Assembly (NCBI GenBank): GCA_965200155.1
Contig: CBDATR010000010.1
Span: 192,001-256,000, forward strand
Length of the DNA stretch: 64,000 bases
Direction of reading: 5' to 3'
DNA from: Nitrosopumilaceae archaeon
Lineage (GTDB): Archaea; Thermoproteota; Nitrososphaeria; Nitrososphaerales; Nitrosopumilaceae
Made by a program: the position numbers and the translations under genes. Below are positions 1 to 9,824 of the stretch, piece by piece (the first letter of the stretch is position 1; each line of letters begins with the position of its first letter). The notes beneath the pieces are model-generated. The model worked only from the letters and a program-made list of their open reading frames with translations. It made no database searches and had not been told where the DNA came from.

Positions 1-228
1 CTTTAGGTCATATGGTAACTTGGTGGACTCGTTCTTATTCTTGACCTTGGCCGGATCATGCTTCAATTCAAGAGTGGTTCCGGGTATGTAGTAACCACCA
101 AGACTGATCTCGGACACCGCTCTATTATAGACATAATCGGATGTGTAACCAAACATCTTTGCGCGCCGGGAGAACTCCTTATCATTTTTCAACGGTATAA
201 TGACGGTCTGAATTATGTCACCCATCAT
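1..228 (-). CDS. 5' part of a TnpB-like (IS605 OrfB-type) protein, runs off the window
   Basis: Hand translation from ATG at 228: MMGDIIQTVIIPLKNDKEFSRRAKMFGYTSDYVYNRAVSE...; FG...YVYNRA resembles the TnpB N-terminal motif; frame open to base 1. Confidence 0.5.
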   Translation of the reverse strand, partial: MMGDIIQTVIIPLKNDKEFSRRAKMFGYTSDYVYNRAVSEISLGGYYIPGTTLELKHDPAKVKNKNESTKLPYDLK

Positions 229-281
229 CTGGCGATTCTACTCTAGTAGTTGTTCTATAAAACTACGGTCCCATACCCGGT

Positions 282-304
282 AAAGACTTATGGTGGGCGC
301 TATA
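282..304 (-). repeat. IS630-type terminal inverted repeat
   Basis: Reverse complement TATAGCGCCCACCATAAGTCTTT resembles the element ends at 4328, 5136 and 16381. Confidence 0.65.
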
Positions 305-504
305 CAATACCCTTCTTGCATGCCACAGATTCATGGAACATACTACAGTATAGAAACAACTCATAAGATATTTGGATCTATATCTTTTAGGGCAAGAGAT
401 ATTGTGCATAGGCGCTCACCAATTTCATGTATAAATCATTGCCAATCGTAGCTATCCGTCGTTCATGAATTAAAATTAAAATAATTTAAAAAATGTTTGA
501 GCTA

Positions 505-2025
505 CTAATCTAGTGAATCAGTAAGACCAGTATATCTTTCGCCAGTGGGAGCCCATTGTCCGTTTTCGGTCTTGTACACTAGGTAATTTCCAAGTGCCAA
601 GTCGCCCGCTTCATTGAGGGCACCGGCGCCGTTACTCTTCATGTTCTCAGCAACATTATGGATGACTGATTTTATAGCATCTACCTCTGCGCTTTGGGCT
701 TCTATAATCGAAAGTCCCACTAGCCATACCGCGTCGTATGACGAATACACAAATGTGGATGGTCCTTTAACACCTGTTTCCTGTTCCAAATGCAGCTTTA
801 GTCTGTAATCATCCCTTGATACGTCAGGTAGATATCCGACCAACTGTACCTGATCAACGAACTCCATGACTATGGAATCATTAATGTCGGGATTACCTAC
901 AAAGGCCTCTGCCGTATACCACTGGACCATTCTTAGTATATCATAATCATTTGCGGTCTGTATAATGGGTATAGTATTATCAAATTCCACGATGAACACC
1001 GCTACCTTATCTTGCCCATACGCGTCAACGGCTTGCTGCACCTCATTAGCCAAGAAGGCTATCTCTGTAGAGAATTCAGCCTGATCTGGATTGAGTCTGA
1101 CTCCTTCATAACTTGCAAAGCCACGTTCCTCGAAGCTATTCCGTACTCCGTCCACCAAGAAATCACCATATGTGTCACCACGCCATATTGGAACGAATAC
1201 CTCGAATCCATTTGCTTCCATCAGTTTCGCGACTCCCTTGCTCTGAATGCGATCATCGGATACTACCCGGAATAAGTTGTCATCTGCAATCGCCAAGGCG
1301 GGTGATGTTGAGCAGCAACCTACCAGTAGCATGTTGTTTGTATTCGCGTATGGTAATACCTGAGTGACAGCTCCACTGCTTGCAGGCCCTATCACTATAT
1401 CAATGTTTTTTGCGTTTATAGCCTGTATCTTTTCAAAGCTTACAACAGGACTGGTTGTATTGTCCTCTTTGGTATGCGCAAAACTCCATGACTCACCTGT
1501 TGCTTCCAAGTAGTCATTAAAGTCATTAATTGCAAGTTCGGCGGCAGCGTCAATCTGTATTCCTATGGAAGACAAGTCTCCGGTTAACGGGTAAAGGGTA
1601 GCAATGCCAACCTCGCCCTCGACCATCATCATGTCGTCCATCATGGCGCCGTCTGCTGTTACAATTATCTCACCCAACATCCAGGGGTGAACACTACAGA
1701 AGTATGGGAATTTACCCTCCTCATCAAAGGTGTGTGAAAACTCGGTTCCCGGGCTGACAATATCACTGCTAAATACGCCATCAGGTCCGCCTTCTGCAAG
1801 AACTCCGCTTTCTATGAAATGGGCTGCATTATCTGGATTGTCCCAGATTACAGTATCACCCACGTTTATGGTAAGTGAATAGGGAAGAAAACATTCGTTG
1901 TTCGTTTCACATCCAGGTGCTGATGCGCCTTCTGCATTGGAAACTCGATACTCTTCTGCAAATGCTGAAGGCACTACCGCGCCAGCTGCTGTAACGATTA
2001 AAAGGACGTAAATTAAATTTCTCAT
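505..2025 (-). CDS. Secreted blue-copper (plastocyanin-like) domain fused to a LivJ-type ABC substrate-binding domain
   Basis: Signal peptide; H...YFCSVHPWM type-1 Cu ligands; Met-rich linker; LYPLTGDLS...IIGPASS...YDAVW binding-protein motifs. Confidence 0.8.
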   Translation of the reverse strand: MRNLIYVLLIVTAAGAVVPSAFAEEYRVSNAEGASAPGCETNNECFLPYSLTINVGDTVIWDNPDNAAHFIESGVLAEGGPDGVFSSDIVSPGTEFSHTFDEEGKFPYFCSVHPWMLGEIIVTADGAMMDDMMMVEGEVGIATLYPLTGDLSSIGIQIDAAAELAINDFNDYLEATGESWSFAHTKEDNTTSPVVSFEKIQAINAKNIDIVIGPASSGAVTQVLPYANTNNMLLVGCCSTSPALAIADDNLFRVVSDDRIQSKGVAKLMEANGFEVFVPIWRGDTYGDFLVDGVRNSFEERGFASYEGVRLNPDQAEFSTEIAFLANEVQQAVDAYGQDKVAVFIVEFDNTIPIIQTANDYDILRMVQWYTAEAFVGNPDINDSIVMEFVDQVQLVGYLPDVSRDDYRLKLHLEQETGVKGPSTFVYSSYDAVWLVGLSIIEAQSAEVDAIKSVIHNVAENMKSNGAGALNEAGDLALGNYLVYKTENGQWAPTGERYTGLTDSLD

Positions 2026-2156
2026 TGCTTCACCACATTATACATCCTTTAAAAAACTATTACATAGGACAGTATTCAATTAGGTAGGTAAAACAGCAGC
2101 ACTCAAACTAATTATGTATAAAATCCATAGAAATAGCATATACTTAATCGAAAACA

Positions 2157-2560
2157 GGCAAAGCATTCCCGGTTAACATGCGATATGATCACAATTACAA
2201 CAGTAAAACATAAGATTTTGGATAAAAATCAGAAAATTATGCGCAGTCATAATGTGCCCCGTATTTTGCGATATTAAAAACAGAAATTATCCCGGTGCCG
2301 GCAATAACCCAAAGGGTTCCTTTTCCCATTCTTATCTGAGGTCACATTATGACCAGGTTCACATCAGCACATATGGCCTGATACTGCTGGTAGAACACGT
2401 CGATCGTCCCGATGAATACGGTTGACATTTTGGTTCACATTTCGTCCTGCCTATGGTACGCTCCACAGCTGATCTTGACTTGCCCACCGTAGCGTTGTGT
2501 TCCTTCTAATCATCGGTCAGCTTGCCATTCCTGGGTTTCTTGACTCCCTGGACCAATATT
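2157..2560 (-). mobile_element. IS5/ISL2-type (DDE_Tnp_4) transposase 3' remnant and element end
   Basis: Near-identical reverse complement of ~19575-19978 (KKPRNGKL...NATVGKSRSAVERTIG). Confidence 0.75.
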
Positions 2561-2582
2561 AGACCTTATGCGCATAATTGAC

Positions 2583-2674
2583 GTATGAGTTCACGTATTC
2601 CGGAATCTTATACACAAATCACATTAACTGTCGCGATCAGTTATGCGTAAATTTAGACACAGGTGAACTCATAC
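2583..2674 (+). mobile_element. 92-bp IS66-type MITE, copy 1
   Basis: TIR GTATGAGTTCAC...GTGAACTCATAC; TSD TAATTGAC. Confidence 0.95.
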
Positions 2675-2841
2675 TAATTGACAGTAACAGCCCATGTTGC
2701 TTCAAACTGGGGTGTATTTTATTGCACACAATCAGTCAAGCATGAACAAACCAATGTGAGTGACACCAGCCAGCACTAACGTATGCCGTGATTGCAAATG
2801 TCGTGTAGTGGGGCGACCGGATCTTGATTACGTATATCATG

Positions 2842-2933
2842 GTATGAGTTCACATCTTCCGGAATCTTGTGCACAAATCACATTAACTGTCGCGATCAGT
2901 TGTGCGTAAATTTAGACACAGGTGAACTCATAC
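2842..2933 (+). mobile_element. 92-bp MITE, copy 2
   Basis: Same sequence and TIRs; no TSD. Confidence 0.95.
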
Positions 2934-2980
2934 AAACGGTTACGCGTACTTGTACAGGATGTCGTGATGCATATCTGTGA

Positions 2981-4207
2981 CTATGGTTTAAACTTTCTAA
3001 ACATTGATTTCTTTTTATTTTCAGAGATTTTTTCAAGAACTCTCTCTCTGTAATACGTGGCTCTTCTATTCTCTGGTTCCAATTCTAATACTTTGTCATA
3101 GCACTTTAATGATTCCTCAAGTCGATTCAGAGACAACAGTATTTTTCCCCTATAACTAATTGCATAAGCATATATTGGATTTATGACTAATGCTTGATCA
3201 CAATAAATCAATGCCTCATCATATCGCTTCTCATGCTCTAATATCCACACCATACTACAAATGGCTTTTATGTTGTCTGGCTCAATGGATATAGCTTTTT
3301 TACAAAACAATACTGCTGCCTTAACATTCTTAGTAGAGTATAATGAGACGCCCTTACTATACAATGCCCGCACATTGTCAGAATCAGTTTGAAGTGCCAT
3401 GTCAAAACATTCTAGCGCCTTTTTGAACATACCCTTACGATCGCATATCAGGCCTTTGGTTATGAGGGCATCAATATTGTGAGGTTCCGCCTCCAATGCT
3501 TTATCTAGATACGGAAATACTTCTTTAACACTGAAGCCTGCCATGTCTAGCGTCCATGCTTTTGATATCAGCGCCCGTGTGTTTTTAGGATCGAGCTCAA
3601 GCGCTCTTGTATACCATCTTAGTGCTCCCTCGTATTTCCCAGATTTGGCTAATTGTGCACCATTTTCATACATTTGCATGGACTTTGCGCAGTCCTCTCC
3701 AATTGCCTTGTTAAGATATATGATAGATTCCTGTTCTCTTCCCATTCTTCCAAGTACTTGACTCTGCGCATATAGGGCTCCAGTATTGGAATTATGCCGC
3801 CTAAGTATGGCATCTAGTATCCGTAGTGCTGCATCATGTTGGCCTATGTGACTCTTACACGATGCAATAGCTATTAGCGCCTCTGCGTGATTGGAATCCT
3901 TTTGCTGTATCTTCCGGAGAGATGAGATGGCATCCTCGTAGTTACCCAATCTCTCAAGTGCAAGACCGCGCCAGTACAGTGCCTCGCCCAACTTGTTGGC
4001 ACATATTAGCGCCGCATCAAAATGTTTTACCGATTGTTCATAATGTCCTGTCTTGTATTGAACTATACCTTTTCGTAGGTTGGCAGTAGAGTTCTTGGAG
4101 TTTATCCGTAACGCCTTTTCAAAGTTGATCATTGCTTTTTTATACTCACCATATTCTTCCCAATATGCCCCTTTGTTTATGTAGTACCACTCGTTCTTTG
4201 ACATCAA
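2981..4207 (-). CDS. Tetratricopeptide repeat protein
   Basis: About 10-11 TPR units (ALYWRGLAL...YEDAI, ALITKG...ALECFD). Confidence 0.9.
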   Translation of the reverse strand: MMSKNEWYYINKGAYWEEYGEYKKAMINFEKALRINSKNSTANLRKGIVQYKTGHYEQSVKHFDAALICANKLGEALYWRGLALERLGNYEDAISSLRKIQQKDSNHAEALIAIASCKSHIGQHDAALRILDAILRRHNSNTGALYAQSQVLGRMGREQESIIYLNKAIGEDCAKSMQMYENGAQLAKSGKYEGALRWYTRALELDPKNTRALISKAWTLDMAGFSVKEVFPYLDKALEAEPHNIDALITKGLICDRKGMFKKALECFDMALQTDSDNVRALYSKGVSLYSTKNVKAAVLFCKKAISIEPDNIKAICSMVWILEHEKRYDEALIYCDQALVINPIYAYAISYRGKILLSLNRLEESLKCYDKVLELEPENRRATYYRERVLEKISENKKKSMFRKFKP

Positions 4208-4394
4208 CAGTGTTGTTTTAACCTGTAATTATTTTTAATCTTATAGTGGAGTTTATCCAAATAAGCCAACGAATTCACGGAAATGGTGTGGTGTGCACTT
4301 ATCCTTTACCAATGTCAGGCTAGGTGCTATAGCGAACACAATAAGTCTTTGACATACAAGACTAGGATTGTATGTGATAAATGGCAAATTTGTT

Positions 4395-4486
4395 GTATGA
4401 GTTCACGTCTTCCGGAATCTTATGCACAAATCACATTAACTGTCGCGATCAGTTATGCGTAAATTTAGACACAGGTGAACTCATAC
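4395..4486 (+). mobile_element. 92-bp MITE, copy 3
   Basis: Consensus copy; no TSD; sits at the IS630 deletion junction. Confidence 0.95.
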
Positions 4487-4868
4487 AATTCTGGAGCGTA
4501 CTCAAGAGGTGGATGGATCACTCCCTACGATATTCGGATATCAATTACCACAAGTAGGCAGTGTATGATTTCAAAGATGGCCATAAGTTCGATTATGATT
4601 TTAACAAATTCTGGAACAGTAAACCAGCTGATGGATTAATGCTGCCAATCACGGAATCAGTACGCAAGGGTGAACCCAGTGATTCAAAAACAGAAAAAAC
4701 GGTTCAAAAAGTGCAGGCGGTGTGGAAAGCACATCCGCATCGGCCAGTATGACACAAAAGGCCAAACTAGGTGACCCACAAAGTAGTTGGTACACCATTT
4801 CATGCCACTCTGATCAGGGAATAAGTGGTGGATTTTTGTGCGTGATCGTTCTGGAGACCCATAGCATA

Positions 4869-4969
4869 GTATGAGTTCACGTCTTCCGGAATCTTATGCA
4901 CAAATCACATTAACTAGAACAACCTGTTCCATCAGTTATGCGTAAATTTAGACACAGGTGAACTCATAC
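4869..4969 (+). mobile_element. 101-bp MITE variant, copy 4
   Basis: Central GTCGCG replaced by AGAACAACCTGTTCC; near-TSD ATAGCATA/ATAACATA. Confidence 0.95.
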
Positions 4970-5156
4970 ATAACATATGCACAGTCATTATACGCCGCTA
5001 AACTCATCATGAAGTATTCCATGTCCATAAAGTATGGTCGAGTACATTACTTACATCTGCTGATTCAGCCTGTCTGCCATTCCCTGTTGTGATATTTTAT
5101 GGAAAATCACCGCCAAGACTTATGGTGACTGCTATATGGCAGTATAACTGCTGATT

Positions 5157-5726
5157 CTACTCACTTGGGAACTTTTTTACAAGAACAAAGCGCGGCTCGT
5201 CCGGCTCTATATCCGGGTGCATGGATACGTTACTTATTATATTCCCGCGGTATGCCTGCCAGCGCCTAGCCATGTCCCGATACCGGTATGCCCCGGATAC
5301 GGGCGCCTCGTCTTTGCGGTACACCTCACAGCTCATTATGTATGACCTTGAGATACGGTACATCTCGGCCATTCCTGCCTCCAGCGTATCATCGTCCAGA
5401 TAATTTAGTAGTTGGTGAGTGAATACCATATCCACCGACGAATCCGCCAGTGGAAGCTGTGTTATATCACCCACACGAAAGTCACCCCGGGTTTCCAGTG
5501 TGCGTGCAATCTGTAGTGCAAGTATGTTTACGTCCATGCCCAAGATTCGGATATTATCGGGCATCATCCGGAGATCTATTCCGGTGCCGCACCCAATCTC
5601 CAGTACGCTCTGGCAGCGCAGGGACGTGACCAAGCCACTGACGAACTGGGCAAAATTTTGGTTATACCTATTCTCATTCTCCAGGGCATACTTGTTCCAG
5701 TATGCCTCGTCATACTCCATATTCAT
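5157..5726 (-). CDS. Class I SAM-dependent methyltransferase
   Basis: VLEIGCGTG motif I; GDITQLPLADSSVD. Confidence 0.9.
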   Translation of the reverse strand: MNMEYDEAYWNKYALENENRYNQNFAQFVSGLVTSLRCQSVLEIGCGTGIDLRMMPDNIRILGMDVNILALQIARTLETRGDFRVGDITQLPLADSSVDMVFTHQLLNYLDDDTLEAGMAEMYRISRSYIMSCEVYRKDEAPVSGAYRYRDMARRWQAYRGNIISNVSMHPDIEPDEPRFVLVKKFPSE

Positions 5727-5972
5727 TCACAGGCATGAGTCACATTTGCACTTTATCATTATGGTGTCAAAGGTACAATCATGTGGACCCTCGGAATGGG
5801 AGTGCGCGGGTATAACTTTCATGCAATCATGGTGCCGTCCCTTCTTACAGAACCAGCATACTGAACCAGCTGGAACAGACTCGCATCTCACGGCTGTGTT
5901 TGGGAATATGGTATATTTAGGTGCTCATGGGGGCCGCCCAACTTATTTACAGACTCACGATATAGGGATATC

Positions 5973-6179
5973 ATGAACTGGACACTGGGTTTCGCGGCTC
6001 TGATATGCCTGGTGGTAGGATTGGTGGGTCAAGCCTTTGAGATGCGCCGCATACGTCAGACACAATACTTCGAGGACGAGATTGGCTCGCCGTCCATATT
6101 TGCCGATAGACGAAATTTCAAGTGGTACGGAGTGATAGGAGCGGGTGTCGTACTCTGGTATGCAGCAGAAAGAATGTAA
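5973..6179 (+). CDS. Small membrane protein
   Basis: 68 aa, two hydrophobic segments, fits between neighbouring genes. Confidence 0.7.
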   Translation: MNWTLGFAALICLVVGLVGQAFEMRRIRQTQYFEDEIGSPSIFADRRNFKWYGVIGAGVVLWYAAERM

Positions 6180-6182
6180 GTG

Positions 6183-6977
6183 TTAGGAGGAGCCGGACAG
6201 GAAACGGGCGGTATTCTTTCCGGCCTCAGTCAGTGAGACATACCTGTTGCGGCCGCGCTTTTCCACATCAAGAAATCCCCAGTTGATCAAGGGACGTACA
6301 AGATTTTGGTCCATACTGGCAAGGCTGCCGGCTTCCGCATTACCCTGGGCACCCACTATAATATGATCCGAGTGTGAATTCATTGCATTATCATCTTGAC
6401 CGCGTATCATTATGATGCCCGCCTTTCTGAGCTGGCTTAGCAAGTCTATCTTGCGTACGGGACTTTGTGCCTCATATACTATCTTTAGGGTCTCTATCTG
6501 TATGGGCGAGGGTATACGGATATCATACTTTGGCATGTCCTGTATCTGCTTGACGCCGCTGGACAGGGGCTGGGTCTTCTCCTGGCGGTGATAGGTCTCC
6601 GGCTCTACATAGTACGAGTGGACATTGCCATCTCTGTTGAACATCATGCAAGCCATGACACACCCCACGGCCTGCATCTTGGAGCCGGAAGAAAGGTTGA
6701 CGAATATGTTGTTGTTGGTCTCTTCCTGTATTATCTCCCTAGTCGCCCGTATTATATCGAATAAATCCATCCGGTCGTGGGGCTTTTCGAGTACCTCAAT
6801 CTGTTCCTTCTCCAGCCTCTCCTGAATTATATCCTGGTATTGCTTGGCCTTACGGTCACTGTTATGCGCCATGAGCCAGACCCGATCCGCCTTGCGCTGC
6901 TCGGCGGGTATTACTATCCGGTCAGTCTCAAAGCCCACCGGAGCCACATGAACTCGCAGGGACGTAACCACATTCAT
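6183..6977 (-). CDS. HFX_2341/DUF6293-type regulator (CARF-like N-domain plus winged HTH)
   Basis: RVHVAPVGFETDRI, VNLSSGSK, C-terminal KRGRNRYVSLTEAG. Confidence 0.8.
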   Translation of the reverse strand: MNVVTSLRVHVAPVGFETDRIVIPAEQRKADRVWLMAHNSDRKAKQYQDIIQERLEKEQIEVLEKPHDRMDLFDIIRATREIIQEETNNNIFVNLSSGSKMQAVGCVMACMMFNRDGNVHSYYVEPETYHRQEKTQPLSSGVKQIQDMPKYDIRIPSPIQIETLKIVYEAQSPVRKIDLLSQLRKAGIIMIRGQDDNAMNSHSDHIIVGAQGNAEAGSLASMDQNLVRPLINWGFLDVEKRGRNRYVSLTEAGKNTARFLSGSS

Positions 6978-7024
6978 GATGATATTGTAATATAAACAGT
7001 ATTTATACTAATCTAATAATTTGA

Positions 7025-7771
7025 CTATTCCCGGTTACGAAAGGGATTATTTGTATGTGGATCATTATTTCGGTAGGCCTCCAGCTCGTTTAGGCACAGT
7101 TGGTGAAAGACGGAGTGACCATTCTGTTTGGCCTGCGAGATAATATCGTTAATCTCCGAGTCCGGCATACCCTGTGCCGCCAGAAAGGAGTGATCCTGCA
7201 TGCCCATGTTATCATATATGGAGGCGCGTGTCATGGCCACATCCTGAAGATTACGATCAAGGCGTAGCGCCATATCATAGTATGTCAGGGCGTCATGAAA
7301 TTTTCCCAGTTGCTCAAGAGACAGCGCCCTGTTTAGAAGGGCAGTCATGTTATTGGGGTCCTGGAGAAGTACACACTCAAAGTATTCATTGGCGTCAGCG
7401 TACCGATCCAGCTCCACAGATGCAAGACCGGCGCTGTTGAGGGTCCAGATATCGTTGGGCTCTGTATCCAGTATTGTATCGCAGCATTCCAGGACGCCAG
7501 TGTGTTTATGCAGGTTCTCCAGGGCATATACCTTGTTTTTTAGTGCATAGGTATCCTTGCCATCCATATTTAGTACCGCATCGCAATAAGTCAAAGCCTC
7601 CTGGAACAGTCGCAGGTGCAGGCAGGCCATTGCAATATTCTGTAGTGCCAGCATGTTGCGAGGGTCTTTTTGTAGTAACGTGTTGCAGTAGTCGCGCAGC
7701 TCCGCAAACCGTCCTGCGTCGTGTAGTGTGGTGATTACAGTGGATGGATCCAGCGAGTGTGCCACAGGCAC
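7025..7771 (-). CDS. Tetratricopeptide repeat protein
   Basis: Several TPR units. Confidence 0.85.
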   Translation of the reverse strand: MPVAHSLDPSTVITTLHDAGRFAELRDYCNTLLQKDPRNMLALQNIAMACLHLRLFQEALTYCDAVLNMDGKDTYALKNKVYALENLHKHTGVLECCDTILDTEPNDIWTLNSAGLASVELDRYADANEYFECVLLQDPNNMTALLNRALSLEQLGKFHDALTYYDMALRLDRNLQDVAMTRASIYDNMGMQDHSFLAAQGMPDSEINDIISQAKQNGHSVFHQLCLNELEAYRNNDPHTNNPFRNRE

Positions 7772-7806
7772 ACTATGTCATGGAGTTATAAAAATACAAG
7801 ATAAAG

Positions 7807-8643
7807 TCATGATTTGGCCTTGCCAGCAACATCTAGAACCGCCAAGGCCCGTTTGTAGTGTACCTCGTCAATCATTTTGCCATCAAGAGTGGTGGCTCCA
7901 CGTCCCCCGGCCCTTGTGTTCTCATATGTATCGCGTACACGGCGAGCCCAGTCCAGTTCCGGCGTGGTGGGCGCAAATATATCATGGGCAATACCTACCT
8001 GGTCCGGGTGTATCAGTGACTTGCCAGCGTATCCCAGTCGGCGGCCCAACATACAGTCATTACGAAAACCGCCAGCATCCCGTATATCCTGCCAGACGCC
8101 ATCAATGGCTGGAATTCCGGCGGCAGCGGCATCCAGGGGCACCTTGGTACGGCCATACGCAGTGGCGGCAGTCTGGGCAGAGTACTCTATACCCATGTCG
8201 TGGAGCAAGTCAAATATTCCAAATACCAGTGCACGTATCATGGAGTTGTAGGTGGCTATGGGGTAACAGTTTACCACTCCCAATGCCGACTCTATGGACG
8301 GTATTATGCCAATGTTAGGAGCCAGGGTTTGAATAGTATCCAGATCCACGGGGCGATTCACTTTGGGAACAACTATACCCTCAAGTCCCGGTCTTGTCAC
8401 CGCCCCCAGATCCGCCTCCAAAAGACCGGAGGCTGGACTGTTAGTACGAACGTATACGCTGGATGAGAAGCCGCCGGAGTCCAAGGACGAGGCTATCATG
8501 TCCCGGGCATTTCCCTTCTCTTCCGGGGGAACAGAGTCTTCCAGATCCAAGCATATAATATCCGCCTGTAGGGCACGGGCTTTGTCAAGGAACCGCTTGT
8601 TGTTTCCCGGTACAAAAATAATGCTGCGGAGTAAGTTATACAT
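7807..8643 (-). CDS. CitE/HpcH-family CoA-ester lyase
   Basis: RSIIFVPG, DLEDSV, GKSLIHP, GKMIDEVH. Confidence 0.9.
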   Translation of the reverse strand: MYNLLRSIIFVPGNNKRFLDKARALQADIICLDLEDSVPPEEKGNARDMIASSLDSGGFSSSVYVRTNSPASGLLEADLGAVTRPGLEGIVVPKVNRPVDLDTIQTLAPNIGIIPSIESALGVVNCYPIATYNSMIRALVFGIFDLLHDMGIEYSAQTAATAYGRTKVPLDAAAAGIPAIDGVWQDIRDAGGFRNDCMLGRRLGYAGKSLIHPDQVGIAHDIFAPTTPELDWARRVRDTYENTRAGGRGATTLDGKMIDEVHYKRALAVLDVAGKAKS

Positions 8644-8656
8644 GCATTAGTAAAGG

Positions 8657-9730
8657 CTAATCGGGCTTTAATAGTATCTTGCCGAACATACCCCTGCCGT
8701 TAAGCATCTTGGTATGCGCTTCTGCAGCTTGCTCAAAGGGGTAAACCGAGTCTATAACCGACTTTATGTGACCGCGACCCATCCAAAAGAGGCCCTGTTC
8801 CAGTTCAGCTTTGGTACCCTGAGTGGCTCCCAGTATGTTGGTTCCCTTGAAGAATATGTGACGGAGATCCGTCTTGGCGTCATATCCGGTGGTTGCCCCA
8901 CAGGAGACCAAGGTAGCACCATACTTGAGTAGAGTTAGTTGCTTGTTCCAGTGTGTCTCGCCGATGTGATCAAATGACGTATCTATGCCTGGCAGAGTTC
9001 CCTTCTCCTTGGCAAGCTTCTTTGAGATGGACCAGACTTCCTTGTGCCAATCATCCTTGCGATGATCTACAGCATAGTCTGCCCCCAAGTCCTTGAGCTT
9101 GCCCAGTTTGTCACCGCTGGCGGTAGCTATCACGTCACAGTTGTAGAGCTTGGCTATCTGGATTCCAAAGGTGCCAACGCCGGAGCCACCACCCATTATA
9201 AGGACGGTTTGGCCTGGAATTATTTTGGCCCTTCCCACCAGCATATGCCAGGCAGTCAGTATGGTCATGGATGCGGCTGCAGCGTCATCGTATGATACGC
9301 CATTAGGTATCTTTGTGACATTTGCTTCTGGCAGGTGAACCCGCTCTGCATATGCGCCCCACAGTGGACCGGTTTGGAAACCCCAGATAGTCCTACTGGG
9401 ACAATCAAACTCCCTTCCGTCGGTACATAATTGGCACACACGACAAGCTAAGTTTGCATGGGAGACCACACGGTCGCCCACCTTAATGTTCCTGACATCA
9501 TCGCCTACTGCGACTACATCTCCTGCTGCATCAGAGCCGGATATATGGGGTAGTTTAACGGGCACAGGTGCGCCTCTCATACCCCAAATATCGTTGTAGT
9601 TCAGTGCAGCAGATTTTACCTCAAATATCACCTCATCGGGTTTGGGTACAGGATCGTCTATATCCTCAACATTCAATATCTTGGAATAGTCATCATCAGG
9701 TGCATATTCATGGTATACAACAGCTTTCAT
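8657..9730 (-). CDS. Zinc-binding alcohol dehydrogenase / quinone oxidoreductase family
   Basis: PHISGSDAAG, C-x2-C-x2-C-x7-C, GGGSGVG; start placed at MKAVVYHEY. Confidence 0.9.
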   Translation of the reverse strand: MKAVVYHEYAPDDDYSKILNVEDIDDPVPKPDEVIFEVKSAALNYNDIWGMRGAPVPVKLPHISGSDAAGDVVAVGDDVRNIKVGDRVVSHANLACRVCQLCTDGREFDCPSRTIWGFQTGPLWGAYAERVHLPEANVTKIPNGVSYDDAAAASMTILTAWHMLVGRAKIIPGQTVLIMGGGSGVGTFGIQIAKLYNCDVIATASGDKLGKLKDLGADYAVDHRKDDWHKEVWSISKKLAKEKGTLPGIDTSFDHIGETHWNKQLTLLKYGATLVSCGATTGYDAKTDLRHIFFKGTNILGATQGTKAELEQGLFWMGRGHIKSVIDSVYPFEQAAEAHTKMLNGRGMFGKILLKPD

Positions 9731-9824
9731 TAAGTGACAGCTCTTTTGGCCATAATTATACCTAGTGAAACGCGTGTTTGGCAGTGAGTTTTTCCCTATG
9801 GTGACACTATTCACGTGCCAATAG

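Larger units (their letters stand above)
4328..5136 (+). mobile_element. Internally deleted IS630-family element
   Basis: TIRs TATAGCGAACACAATAAGTCTT and AAGACTTATGGTGACTGCTATA; FWSVLKR (IS630 DDE C-terminus) right after 4486; two MITEs inside. Confidence 0.7.

Noticed and set aside
2842-4486. Composite transposon carrying the TPR gene
   Set aside because: The outer 8-mers differ (ATATCATG vs AATTCTGG), and MITE 3 is explained by the IS630 deletion.
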